Positions 13,601 to 26,300 of a stretch of 64,000 bases of DNA are shown here, piece after piece. The DNA comes from Klebsormidium nitens (taxonomy: Eukaryota; Plantae; Klebsormidiophyceae): positions 32,245-96,244 of the forward strand of contig DF237300.1 in the NCBI GenBank assembly GCA_000708835.1, in the 5' to 3' direction. Numbering within the stretch: position 1 is the stretch's first letter; the number at the start of each line of letters is the position of its first letter. The notes under the pieces are model-generated. The model was not told the origin of the DNA. It did not search any database and saw nothing but the letters and a program-made list of their open reading frames with translations. The position numbers and the translations under genes were made by a program.

Positions 13601-16600
13601 GGCCCTGATCTTGGCATACTGGCAGCCCGCGGGGTGGATCGGGGCGGGGGCTGGCGCAGGCGCGCGCGCGCGGCCTTGAACTGCAAAATTGACGTCTTTT
13701 TTCTATGTTGTTTCCAGACTTTTGTCTTCAATATCGTTCTGTCTGAAGGGTATGTTGGCATACTGGCAGCCGGCGGGGCCTTGACCTGCAGGAATATCGT
13801 TTGGATTTATTCATGTCCGATAGGTAGGGATCTTCTCGTAGACGGCGAGAGTGTTTTGCCCACATTTGGCTGTTCGGAGTGGCCGGCGGGCGGGGGCGGC
13901 CGCTTGACCTGCAAAAGTATCGCGCTTCCTGGTCTTTCTTTGCCTTTGTTATTTTCTCTTCGTTTTGAAAGCTCGAGTGTGTTTGTCCTCGTTTGGACCA
14001 CTGGTAGCCGACGGGGGTGGCCGGGCGGGGCGCGAGGGCGGGCGCTTCACTCGCAGCAGGGTTGCCTTTCTTCTTGTTGATCGTTGTCTTCTCGGCGACG
14101 TCAACGATTGCATTGTGTCTTCGACGCGTTCTGAGCCCAAGGTCACGGTTCGAATAGCAGTTCGACAGCTTTCCGCTCAGAAGATGAGTTCTTGCTCCAT
14201 CCCGTTTCCTGATGATAAGAGTGCAGTATCCAATTTTCCCAAAAGCCGGAAAAGCAAATTTCCTTACCGGTAGGCAAGCAGACACCTCGTCTCCCAGCGT
14301 CAGGATTTGAGAGGGGCGTCGTAACCGGGGTCAGGTGGCAGGTGTAACCCGCAGGGCAGTCGATTGGCTTGATGTTACCCCCCTGGCGGCAGGTCGGGGG
14401 AGTGGTCGGGGAAGAGGCGTTGCAGTCGACCTTGTGGCCCTTCACGAACCAGTCCGCGTTGCAACCGCCGCAATAGTTGGCTTGACACGTGGCGGCGGGG
14501 AAGGCAGGGCACTGTATTCAAGAAAAGGGACGGAATTTTGAATCTTGACTTGTTCTGTACCTCGTGCAAGGTCGGGTCAACGGACGAGCAAGGGAGAGGT
14601 TTGTAAGGTATTCGAGTATCTGCAAATTAGCCTTTGTTGGATCGCCCGAGATAACCAGAGTGCGTCGAAATCTTTATTGCTTCACTGCAAAAGACTGACA
14701 ATATCGTCAAGATCGGACTCAATGAAGATGTATCATCCTCCCAGCATTGACAGCAGTCGGCCTTAAGAAGTGCCAGTGGTAGAAAAGCCGTCATGAGGCA
14801 TCCCACGAAAAGCCCCAGATCTCATTCAAGCTGACCGTAGGTATCTTTGCTTTCCTGGCGCAATTGTCAGGTGTGGCGCACCTTATTGACCTGGCATGGG
14901 TCGGCAAAGCAGCGCACAAGAGGCGTTGTCGTGCAGACGAGGCTGGAAAACAAAAAGAAGGGGACGTCAACGACGTACCTTATGAACCTGGCATGGGTCC
15001 GCAAAGCAGTCCGCAACAGGTGTTTTTGTGCAGACAACGCTGAAAAACAACAGAGAGGGGCCGTCAACGGTCTTTCAACGTGACCATGCAGCGCTTCTGC
15101 GGAACCACCACAGTGAGCCCCTATAACGACGTTTCCTTTCAATTGCAGAGGTGCTTTGTGCGCTGCCTAACCCCCTCTCGTCTTACAAATTACAATTGCG
15201 TCTATTAATACGGGGCTCGTAAGCTCAACCTCACCCCCGGAGGTCCGGAGGTCTAGAGCTCTGAGTTTTCTGATAATCGTGAAAGGACACATGACATCGA
15301 ATGTGAAGAAAGAAGGACACGAAAGCACTCTTCTCGTTATCGAAGTGCATTGTAGACGAGATTAAAGATTCAGTGTAGCGTCTACGTTTAGACTGGACAC
15401 AGAAACTTTGCAAGCAAACCTTGCTGAGACGCTGTTGTTGCTATCAAAAACTAAGCAGATTGGCGATCGGAAAGACCAAGAAAGCCTTTCCTTTCTCAAG
15501 GTAATTCATGGCTTACATTGTGTTCCATACCTTGATACCAAACCACAGACTGGACACGTGAAAGGGAGTCATCATCAGATCTGTCAACGAAAAGCAGTTG
15601 TCAGGCCTCGGACTCACGTGGCGTTTGAGCCCTTCCTCTGGTTGCCCTGACACGTGCAAGTATTGCAGCCATCGCCTGAGGGGAAGCTCGCTCCGACTAC
15701 GTAATAGGTGGCCGTCGGGAGATGGTTGCACATCAGGGATGGAGCAAACTTGTGGCATGTGCCGTTATGCGCAATGCCTTGGTCTGGGTCGCCGACGCTC
15801 TTGATGGCACAGCTAAGGGAAAGAAATGCACCAGGAAATAGAAGTGTCACACCTGGTGTGTTTACAGGAGCTCAGCATTCATTCTGCACAGCTTCTGCTT
15901 CGATATGCTACTCTGCTTAGAGATCACAACTGCAAATTCGGATACAGAAACTTGAGCAACTTTACCCTGAACAAAATGACCATTCACATACAGCACCTTG
16001 ATAGCAATCCTCACAGAGGCTGTGTGGTCCTGGAAGGGCTTGAATGAGAGGAAGGGCAGGCGACAGATACTCACACAGTGCCAGGCTTTCTGCACGCAAC
16101 TGCTTCTTCAGTTCCAACTGAACAGAAGCCCGGGGGCAGGCTGGCTGTGGCGGCAGATGCTGCACAAGAGAAGAGTTTGCTGCCATTCAGAGCCGTTCTT
16201 AACCACAGCTAGCTCGATTGAACACAATCAGATCGCCGCTGCTCTGACAGGCCAACTTGATTCGCTGTACAGACAGTGAGACGCTTCAATCAATCGCAAA
16301 TGATTCTGTACTAGCGAAATGGCCTGCGAACCAGCCGCAGAATATGGAACGAGAATGGGGATGCTCACAGAGAGGACTTTACGAGAAAAGCGGTACTTTA
16401 ATCAACCGGTCCCAAAATATTGATATTGCTGACCCAAAAGCCCTCCACCTAGCTTACTAGCAAAGGTCTAATAATCTGTTCGCCAAATCAACAAAGCATG
16501 ATAATTGTTCATCACTATTGGCTTGATGGTAATCGTTTAGTCCCATCGCAAGCATCAACTGTATCACATTTACTTGAGAATGCATAGCCTCCTCTCCTCC

Positions 16601-16900
16601 ATCGCTTTGTCTGTCCTGCCTTATGTCGTTGAAGGTAGCAACCAAGCAAGCATGCTGCCGATTGTCTAGAGCTGTCTACGTGAGGTCAATGCTGCCAAAT
16701 GTGAATTACGCTCTGCTAAGCTGGCTCCACATTTTGGTGAAGGGAGCGCCGTGAACCTCCGTCTTGACAAGGGCAAGTGTTGAGTAGGAGGCCCATGAAC
16801 GAATACTATTTAGCGAAGGAGATAAAGATGCAAACTTACCAAGAGCAAAGGTCCCACACAAGACCAAGAAAGCAGCAAGAGAAGCAAGGTGCCGCGCCAT
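10687..16900 (-). CDS. Secreted cysteine-rich mosaic protein with four Kazal-type protease-inhibitor domains (about 410 aa)
   Basis: Exons 16900-16840 (signal peptide MARHLASLAAFLVLCGTFAL), 16159-16075, 15812-15618, [15039-14979 or 14942-14882], 14511-14268, 13526-13362, 12595-12476, 11475-11350, 10862-10687; total 1233 nt in frame. Kazal signatures C-x-C-x7-C-G/S-x-D/T-x2-T/L-Y-x-N-x-C-x3-C in the last four exons. Confidence 0.88.
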
Positions 16901-18216
16901 TGTCGTTGTATCGACTCAAGCACGGTTAGAACCCGCGACAGATTTCTGCCTCTAGTTGTGTAGCCTGGGAGCTGCTCTTTTCAACGCTTGCTTTGCACAG
17001 CTGATGAATGTGTCAGTCGTAGGATGCGCGGACAGCTCGCTTGGCTCGCAGACAGAGGCCTCTGTGGAGCACCAATCATGCAGAGATTTTGACGTCCTTC
17101 CTTTTATCCACTATCTGTGAGTATGAGGTGGATAATCACTACAGTAGTTCATGTATACCTAGTTGTGTTGATCAACTCTACGATCTCGTTCCTCTATCCT
17201 AGGTCTGGGGATCTCCGACCTCGAACTCACGTCACTTCGTATCCAACACCACCTAGGACCGGCTTGCATTTGTTGCTTATATGAACGGTGAGCGTCATTG
17301 GCATATGCTGGACCTAAACCAAACCTAAACCAAAGTTATACAACTTACAATTTGGGCCACGCGAACCCGTACCCACCGTAATTCCCCCAGCTAATCCCAC
17401 CCGTCTCCATGGCTGCATACGTAGCAGCTAGCTGCATGGCTTAAAGTTTCATGAAATGAAGTACCTAGGTAGATGGTTTCGTACTTCCGCATCCACCAGA
17501 AAGCCTGTGCATTGTTTCACTGATGACACTGATGACAGTACAAACAGTTCGAGCTACCTATCTTGTATTACTACCTCAAGCCCAAGTCCAACAGAAATGC
17601 CTCCGCTGCGCGCGCGCGGTCGATGTGAGCCTGACTCGGAGACCGTCCATTGCGCGGATCGCGATTCGCGAGGGCCAAGCAGGTTTTATGCACGTGCGTT
17701 ATCAGTCAATCATTGAATCATGCGCGTTTCGCGGGGCCGGTGGACTGGCCGGATTCCAGAAGCATGTACCGGGGAACCGAGTCTGTAGCGTATCTTGTAC
17801 CGTACTGCGGCAGAGTGCTTTACGAAGGTACCGGTACTCACGACCAGTCGGGCCTGCAGTGGGCCCTGCAATGTGCATGCGCGATCGGACGCCACAAACG
17901 CGTACGTCGCGGCTGCGGCCAGCCTCTGACATCAGCAGCCACAAAGCGCAACGCTTAGATAGCAATCCGAGCAGTGTCTCAGGTTGACATCACTGCGGGA
18001 TCACGAGGATTAGTATAGAGTAGCTCTATGAATGGAAGAGGCCCTTGCCAGGGTAGCTCCCTGCATGTTTCTCACAGTCCCTCGAGCTCAGATCAATGAC
18101 TAGAGAATGACTAGTCCTTTTGAAATGCTGGACTATCGGTGTCAGCTCTAGTAGTTCTTCATTGCGGGGCAGCTCAGTTACTGACAACACTTTCCTCCTT
18201 TGAACGCTGGGCACCG

Positions 18217-21200
18217 ATGATGAAGCTCGTGCGGCTGGCCGTTCGGACCAAGCCCGTCTTTCTTGTGCTAAGTTTGATAGCATTCGGGGGGCTGACAGTC
18301 TTCCAAGGTGGTTGTTGGCTCTTGATCAAGAACCTCATAGTGCAGTCAAGTCCACAAACAGCGGACGTCCCTTTCTCCGAAACTGACTTCTTGAACATGA
18401 AATACTTTCTCCAAGACAAGATAGGAGCAATAGACCTAGAGGACACAGTCAGAACAGATTCAGAGAGGAGGCGGATTGTGTGGGATAGATTCCACACAGA
18501 CCTGTGGAGACTGGAGACTGAGTTCTTGAGGGCGCGCCTGAAGTCACTCAATGCTGACTTGGTAAGCATTCCTGAAGATGCGGAGGGGAGACAGGGACCC
18601 CCTGTGTGCACCAGAAACGACAGCAGCTGGTTGAGGGGCCACACAACCGCAGGGGAGGGCCGGCGAAAAGAGAGGCGCAAGATCTATGACGTGTTTCTGT
18701 GAGTAACTGCAGCTTTTGCTCTTGACACCATATTCATCCTTTTAAACGAACACTGATAACGAAGACATACACTGTATCAATGGTGAGCGATATTAGGGTG
18801 GTGTATACATGTGAGATGTGATAAGAGCTGATTGATGGCATGATCAATCGGTGCCACATTCTCAGCAGGTGGAGAGTTAATGCACAGCTGAGTTGGCAAA
18901 GTCAGGCGCAATATTGACAAACTTCTTTGCTCTCGTGGCTTAGCTCTGGGAGGCCCAGGTTGTTTGTCATTATTCAGTTGTTTGCGTGCTGTATGCGCCT
19001 TTGGTGGCATCAGAAAGCTGGATTGGAATCCTGATACGACAGATCTGGCCCCTGCTTGTCAGAAAGCAAATTTGTTTTGAACCCTACTTAGTGGAGCAAG
19101 ATTGCACCGATTACTTCTTAGGTCAAAGACTGGGGTGCTGAGGGCTTGACGCGATTCTAGGAAAATATAAACAGTAAGTCCTATGCTTGGAAAGTCATTG
19201 AATGGTGGTGCCCGATGGAATCATTTTTCTCAGCACCACTGATCAGGGCATTATTTCAGTTTGGTGGTGTGCAAACATATAGCCTCTAGTTGTGGATGGA
19301 TTTTGAACGATGCGAGAGAAGCCAACGGCGAAACAAGGCTTGGGTTGAACCGTGATTGGAAGTAGGTTCTGACGGGAAGCGAAGCTTTAGTGTGTCTGCT
19401 GACATTATTCCAACCACCACCGCGCCGTGACGCTAACCAAAGTTATGGGAAGCTCGTGTAAGAGTGTGCTTCAAAAAGCAAACGTACGAACGACCTTGTC
19501 AGATGCAAAGTGATTAAACGAAGAGGTCATCTTGAAGAGGTTGCACCAGTTTATGTCTGAGAGGAGGAACCATAGGACGCTGAGTGCCGTGATGGAACTA
19601 AAACATCAAAGACTTTGGATCTTGATGCTATTCGGTCTGCTTAATATGCACAACCCAAGGGCCTAGACATCGGGCTCTTGTTGTCTCCTTTGAAAGTTCT
19701 GTCAGTTGGACAACCATGCAAAGCCCTTCTGAACAAGGAACCACCCGGGCGAGAAGTACAACGCTATCCAGGTTTGGAAGTTGCAGTGGCTTGAAAGGGT
19801 TTGGAGGTTGCAGTGGCTGCAAACACATCTGTTCACTTCCCGAATGAGCTGTTGATGATTGACATCAACCAGACTGAGGTGGGACAATTGTAGCACCTCT
19901 CCGTGCTAATGTTCTGCACTGCGGAAATCTGGTGATTTGAGTTTTGATGACTTTCTTTCAAGCTCCAAATACATTACACTGAGCCAACCACCAGAGGTTT
20001 CGGTGACAGCCCTACTATCAACCTTGCCCAATTCAAGTTCCGGACACTTTTCTGGACTAAGATTTTCGACATGAGCTGTTCTGTATAAGCCTCTCCGAAC
20101 CTCCATTCGGTTCATTTGGCTCAACGAACTAGCATAAGTTGTGCACAATGCTCACACCAACGACTGCTCTGTCGGAACCTCTTGATATCCTCAAGATATG
20201 GCATCCATTTTTGAAACCGGGGTTCTTTCCAGGTCCTTTGACGAGTTCAAGCTGGCATCAGCCTGGACAAGCTTGCATAAACCAACCTTCTTATGCTCCT
20301 CGCTTTCGGTTCATTGGAACATCTGCCTACAATCTCTGACTTTTCCGAATCTGCAGATTTTTGGACGAGCGCCCCCTGATTGACATCCGGCTAAACCTGC
20401 TAGCAGACGTGGTCGACACATTTGTCATCATGCAGTGTCCCATCACATTTATGAACCACAGCAAGCCGATGCCAGACCCGACCACGTTCGAGGAGCTCGC
20501 GCACGTCAAGCACAAGATCAAGCGGCTGTACTGCGACCTCGAAAACTATCCGTTCCAGGTAAGGGATGCGTTGTGGTTTTCATTTTACCGGACAGTAAAA
20601 GTCGTGACGCTGCAAACAAGGAAAAGGGTGTATCTGCACAAGCGCTCGAGTTCTGTGAATGGTGACTGACCGCCCTCTATCCCTTACCTGCCACTCATCT
20701 CTGCCGTTTCGCCCATAAAACTCAAGAAAGATAAGAGTAAGCCAAGATAATAGTAAGCTCCGACTAACACTAAAAACCCTAACCCAAAAAGACACCCGCT
20801 CCGCGCCCGTACCCACCCTAACCACCAAACAACCCTACCCTTCCCAGTGCGGTTACTTTATTATTATCTCGGCTTACTATTCTTTTTCTTGAGTTTGATG
20901 TTTCGCCCCCTCCCAGCCGCTAGAGACGATCTCTCCTTTGCCACTTACTTCTTCCTTTCCCCCCCCTCCCGTCTCCCCAGGAACCCAGCCCCTGGAAACG
21001 AGAAGAGCACATGCGGTACACTGCCATCAAGCTCGTAACCGAGTTCGTTAACCCGGAAGATATCGTCATGTTGGGCGACTTGGATGAACTGGTCGACGGA
21101 GGCGCCGTTGACCACTTGACCCACGAGCCCGACTCCGCCTTTCCGGTCACCCTCTACGTTCCGCTCTACCGCTCGAGCTTCGGGTGCATCGACCGGAACT

Positions 21201-22226
21201 TCAACGGGGAGCCAAAGCTGTGGCCGGGGACAGTCGGTAAGCACGTGGTTAGAATTTCGGTCTGCGAATCGATTCCAAAAACAGGGTCATGCTTTTCATC
21301 CGGAATGATCAGTCGTTGACATCACTTTCCCAACGCATGAGCCCCAAACTCTTCACCTCTCATCTCCTCTTCAAAATTGCAAGGATAATAATTGTCTCGT
21401 CAGCTGCCTTTGGGGCAGATTTGCGCAGGCACAGACGCGTTTGGGTTGTTTCTTCGACGAGGTCCAAATTGTTGGGGTGCTGAGCGCGAAGACTTTTTGA
21501 TGTTCTTACAAGGGCAGAGAGAGAAGTTTCGCAATCGGTGCTGTTTGGGACATCAGGCCTGTCTGTGTCACGACAGAGGAGACTACGGACGCTGACATAG
21601 ACACCCCCTGACAAATAACAAAAGCAACCGTATTGAAGGATTCAAGATTTGTGAGGTCTTCGAGATTGCCTGTCACGGCGCCAACTGGATCGACGAAGAT
21701 GTTGGATGACTAGGTCAGTCAGTCCCAACAGCTATCTAGCCGTCAAGTTCCAATAATATTCTGATTATAATTATCGAGTCTCGTTTGATCCGGCATCATG
21801 ACGACACGCAACCAAAATCTCCAACAGCCTTAGTCCGTCCGCCCCGCTCGTTGTCTGATCCCGTTCCGGAAACCTAGTTCCTCTCCTCTGCTTGCAGCCA
21901 CGATCGGACGGCTGTTGAAGGAGAAGGCCCCGGGGCATCGGGACGGCAACGAGATGCGGGACGTGCTCCGCGACCAAAATGTGAATCGGCTCTGGTGCGC
22001 GGGGTGGCACTGTAGCTCGTGTATGCACGAACCCGAGATCAAGACAAAGCTGTCGGAGTATTCACACGCGGCGGAAGTGGACGATAACCACAAGATAGCG
22101 GCGGTGTTAAGGGACGTCCGGGACACGTGTCTCTTCGGGTTTTACGAGAGGAAGCGAACGCTCGAGGGGCTGCCAACATACGTGGTAGAGAATGCCGAGA
22201 AGTTTAGGTATTTGATGCCAAAGTAA
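18217..22226 (+). CDS. Glycosyltransferase family 17 (MGAT3/GnT-III-like beta-1,4-N-acetylglucosaminyltransferase), type II membrane protein
   Basis: Exons 18217-18698, 20357-20558, 20981-21236, 21898-22226, phases consistent. N-terminal TM anchor; motifs IYDVFLFLDE..LIDIRL, VDTFVI, GDLDE (DxD), AGWHCSSC, LPTYVVENAEKFRYL. Confidence 0.9.
20715..20899. mobile_element. MITE (Mutator/foldback-like, non-autonomous), 185 bp, in GT17 intron 2
   Basis: About 42-bp terminal inverted repeats (ATAAAACTCAAGAAAGATAAGAGTAAGCCAAGATAATAGTAA vs ATCAAACTCAAGAAAAAGAATAGTAAGCCGAGATAATAATAA, 36/42 identical), flanked by the perfect 9-bp direct repeat GTTTCGCCC at 20706-20714 and 20900-20908; second copy at 50231-50415. 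Confidence 0.85.
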
Positions 22227-23374
22227 AAGCGCACGCGCGCGGCGGCACTGCAAAAAGCGCCAGCGCGGCGGCACCGCGACCTAGTGTAGGATCATTGCGT
22301 TGGCGCGGCTAATAGCGACGGGTGCTGCGGTGCTGATTGCACTCAGTCAGGAGAGGGTTGAGTCGCATGTGAGTCAGGTCATAGGTGAGTCATATAAACG
22401 GCCATTATGCTTCCTCAAAAGCAGGGGATTATGTTGCCGTCTCCTATGAAATACATAGTAGATTAAGCGGCGCAATTGAAGCAGCTGACAATTTGGGTCC
22501 ATCGTACAAGTCTTAGCATAAGCTACCAAGAATTGCGGAAAGCATTGGACGAGTGTGCAGCGCGGCCGGCCGGCTATGCTGCTAGCTCAGTGACTTGAAT
22601 CACTGAGACAAAACAGAATTCACAGACTGAGTGGCAAAACGACGATATCGTGCGTAGCACTGCACTATAACTTCCATGCAAGGGGCGCGTTTTCCAGCCC
22701 TAGCATGCTTCATGTGGTAGCTTGATCGACGGTTATGCTACCATGGCTTTAATCGAGTAGCCCCAAACGCGCACAGTCTACGTGACGATTCTTTGCACCC
22801 GGATTGCAATTGCTATGGCTTTCTGCAAAATATATCAGCTATCGATCTTTGAGCCGGTTACCACTGATGCATGTATGTCATGCTTTGGAAGAATATATAT
22901 GGCCCACGCCGAGAACGGAACTAGAACAAACCATTGAGCACATGACACGGCCAGCTTGCCGTGTTGCTTAGACGCGTATGAACTGCTCATTTAATGACGG
23001 TGGTCCTCGAGGTTCGAGATCGTCAAAACGTGGCAACCACGTGACCTTATCTGAATGCAAAGATTTACAACTACATTGATACATATGATGCTGATGCTAT
23101 ACAGTAACATTGCAACCCATGAAACCTCAACAACAATGGGCCTTTCAAATCCAGGCATGACAAACTTGAAATCGCCCGATCAGAAACTAGCTATTTGCAG
23201 CGGCCGGCAGCCTGGCGCTGCCGTTGCAGCCAGTTTGAAGCTTGTGCACCGACCATCATTCATGCACGCGTCTGCATTGAAGCTTGCTCGTCTGACTGAC
23301 AACTTCGTCAACGAGACCTTCAGTGCATAATCCACAGACCACTAGTCGACACGCTTGTCGTACTTGATCGTGTC

Positions 23375-26300
23375 TTAGCTCTGCTTAGAGCACTGGAGAG
23401 AGCATGGTGGCTCCCCGGCTGGCTCGACCCACTCCATAAACTCCCTCTCCTCCTCTAGCGCGTGTGCATAAAAGAACTCAGGATCGACTTTCTGCGCATT
23501 CTTTTGTTTCTGAGGCACGAACGTCAACTTGGACGCATAAGCTTTAAGCATAAACAACATGTAGTCATAAATCCGAGACATGCCAATGTCTTCCCGCGTG
23601 AAGTCCAACGCTGCAACGCCGATTCCTTGGGCCTGTAATGAGAGAGGAGGAAATGTCACGCTCGCTACAACGCTCGCGACGTAGATGGACCAGACCAACG
23701 AATCATGCGCCGTAAAGCATCTCGACACAAAGCGCAGGTTTGCAAGCTCTCCGCAGTAAAAACGGTGAGCACTCGTAGATACGGCAAACCCGTTAAGCAT
23801 GGGGTTCTTAAGGCTTTGCAGAAGAGCATGCCGCTGAGGGCTGCCTCTGAACAGTACCAAGGCTTACGCAATGCCGTGGTCCCCAAATATATCTCATCCG
23901 CCAAACCTCAGACCATGTGCAAACTGCACTGAACAAACTTAAACGAGACCGCGATGCTGCGGCATCCGAGATCAAGTTTCTCAGATATCTTCTAGCCTTT
24001 CATGCACGGGCGTCTCCTAAAACAGCACTAAAGGGCCATCAATCGGCCGCAAAGATACACGGGCCCGACAAGGGATGTCTACAAGTACGAGGTCAAACAT
24101 TCCGGCGTGCGAAGTGCGAGGTAATGCTTGCGCAAGTGCCGTTCGTTGTTCCGCGAGATGGCCGTCGCATACAGAGAGCTTCGGTAAGCAAGGCTGGTTA
24201 CCTAAAATCTGAGTGCTCTCCTACCGTCTGACTTTAAAGCTTCCGTGTATGCGATTAATGGCAACCGGTTAGGAAGGTGTTTGGAACTCGTTAAGCGAGC
24301 TCGCGCAAGGGTGAACGTTTCTAGAAGAATTGTCTAGATGCGCCTATCTATGCCGCTTCATACGAAGGGATCAAAAGGTGCTCCGAATTTTTAAGACGAG
24401 CTTGATTATGGCAAAAGATCGAAATAGTGACAGCGAGGAAGGCCCGTCTCACCTCTTCCGGATTTGCGCTCCCCCACGCGATCTGTTTCCGAATGTCGGC
24501 ACACATGTCCTTTCCCCGATCCACCGGCAGGTAATGCGTCCCCGGTATAAGGCCCCGACTGCCACAAAAACGAGCTGCTTCAGGCATGTGGGCAGATTAA
24601 GGGAGCTATTTTGAGGCACTGTCAGACATTGTCGGAAGCTAATAAGGACCAGGACACGTCGAAAGGAAAAGCGTTTCGTGATTGAGGCGTTTGCAGCCCG
24701 TCGATACGTGGCAGATAGAAGCTCTACTTTTCAGGCCGGAAGTCAGAGAGATGCAGTCCGGGACCAGAAATGACAAAAGGTCAAGAGCTTGCCGTTGATA
24801 CTTATATAAGGGTACTGACGCCATGAATGCTCCAAAACGGCGCGTTTTCTTTCTGAGTACTTAACCAATTGAGATGCAGGAGACCAAGCACACGTTCAGG
24901 ATGCCGAGGTTCCAAAACGGGGCAGAAACGGTTCCGAGCACTCCAGAAAAGCTGCTATGTTGGCGAACGGACTTTCAGACAGTCGTGCACGTTGTCAGAG
25001 TGGCAACCTTGTCAGAGTGGCAACATTCCAACTCAGATATAAAAATCCAAAGCGCTATCGTAGAAAGGGACTTGTTTCGTACCTGTAAAAGTCCCAGTAG
25101 AGCGGCTCAATCACAATCGTTGGCGAGCCGCACGCTAGGATGTACTTGAGACTGCATGACCACGTGTTCCCCTCGACGTACATTCGGTACCTGGAGACCA
25201 TGGGAGGTACCGCTGTTTGCTTCACAGGCGCCATCGTGAACTTCAATGCTTCATTTTGAGCCGTCGATGCCATCCATCGTCGATCATATGAGTCCGATGA
25301 TAAGAATCATGATCCGAGTACTTCGAAAGCCGATGGCAACTTTGAAAAAATGTGCTGTGAAATCGGCGACCGGGTTGGGTAAGTCGTGACGTAACATCGT
25401 AAAGAACATTCTACTCAGATCCCCCTGGCGGGAGAAGCCAGAAGGTAAGATCAACCCGAATCGTGCGGTCATGCTCTTCGGACGTGCAGTAACGTCCAGC
25501 TTTCAGGACTATACGTATAGAACGAGTAGTGATGTCTGACAAAATTACTTATGTTCCAAAAGCGGAGGAAATCCTTGCCAGGCTCTCCAACGCTGCGCGT
25601 TGAGCCACCAAACAGCCCACAGCCGTCGTCCGACTTTTTTTTTTCCCGCTCCAGCATATCATCGTTTCGACGACAAGCACGATCTCGAGGTATCCCCACG
25701 CTCTTGCTTTCTCTCGTAAGCAATTTCACGCTGACCAAAACCAGTCCCTCAGCCTCACGCAACACTTCACTTGTGCGTACACAAATCACATCTGAAGTCA
25801 ATCAAAGAACGACTAAGGAAACGTATACACTGCAGGGGAGCACGTTGGGTATTGCGGACCATAATCGGCATAGAGACTGCTTCGAGCCTCAGAAACTGTG
25901 AACCATCACAACTCACTTGTGCGTGCACTGATTCTCCGGCTTGGTCGAGCTGCTGTTCATCTCCTTGTCCCAGTCAATGCCCGCCACCTCGATCTCCTCC
26001 GGAAATTCCGCCCCGCACGCTAATACCTCTTTCCGGATCATCGCGTTGTCCCCTCGGCCGGTGTCTACGTTCCCCTTCCAGAAGGCGCGCGGCACGCGGT
26101 CTTCCCACGGAGTGCGGATGGACTCCCCCAAGTAGACGGCGGTGCTGACGTTCTCCCACCCAGGAATCCGTAGTTGGGGCCTGGAGCAAAAACAGAAACT
26201 ACAAATCAGCGGCAAGAAAAGAGATGTAATGGACGGTCGTTTTTGCGGAGTCAACAAAGTGAATGGCAGGTCTTACGTTCACCAACCCGGGGAATCCGCG

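Noticed and set aside
15061-15120. Possible third copy of the mutually exclusive exon (ttatag|GGGCTCACTGTGGTGGTTCCGCAGAAGCGCTGCATG, P..RC in register)
   Set aside because: It is one base short for the required phase, runs into stops and has weak similarity; at best an old relic.
17190-17285. tRNA/SINE-like element (TCCTAGGT/ACCTAGGA stem, GTTCGAG motif)
   Set aside because: No cloverleaf and an imperfect B box; more likely ordinary promoter sequence of the Kazal gene.
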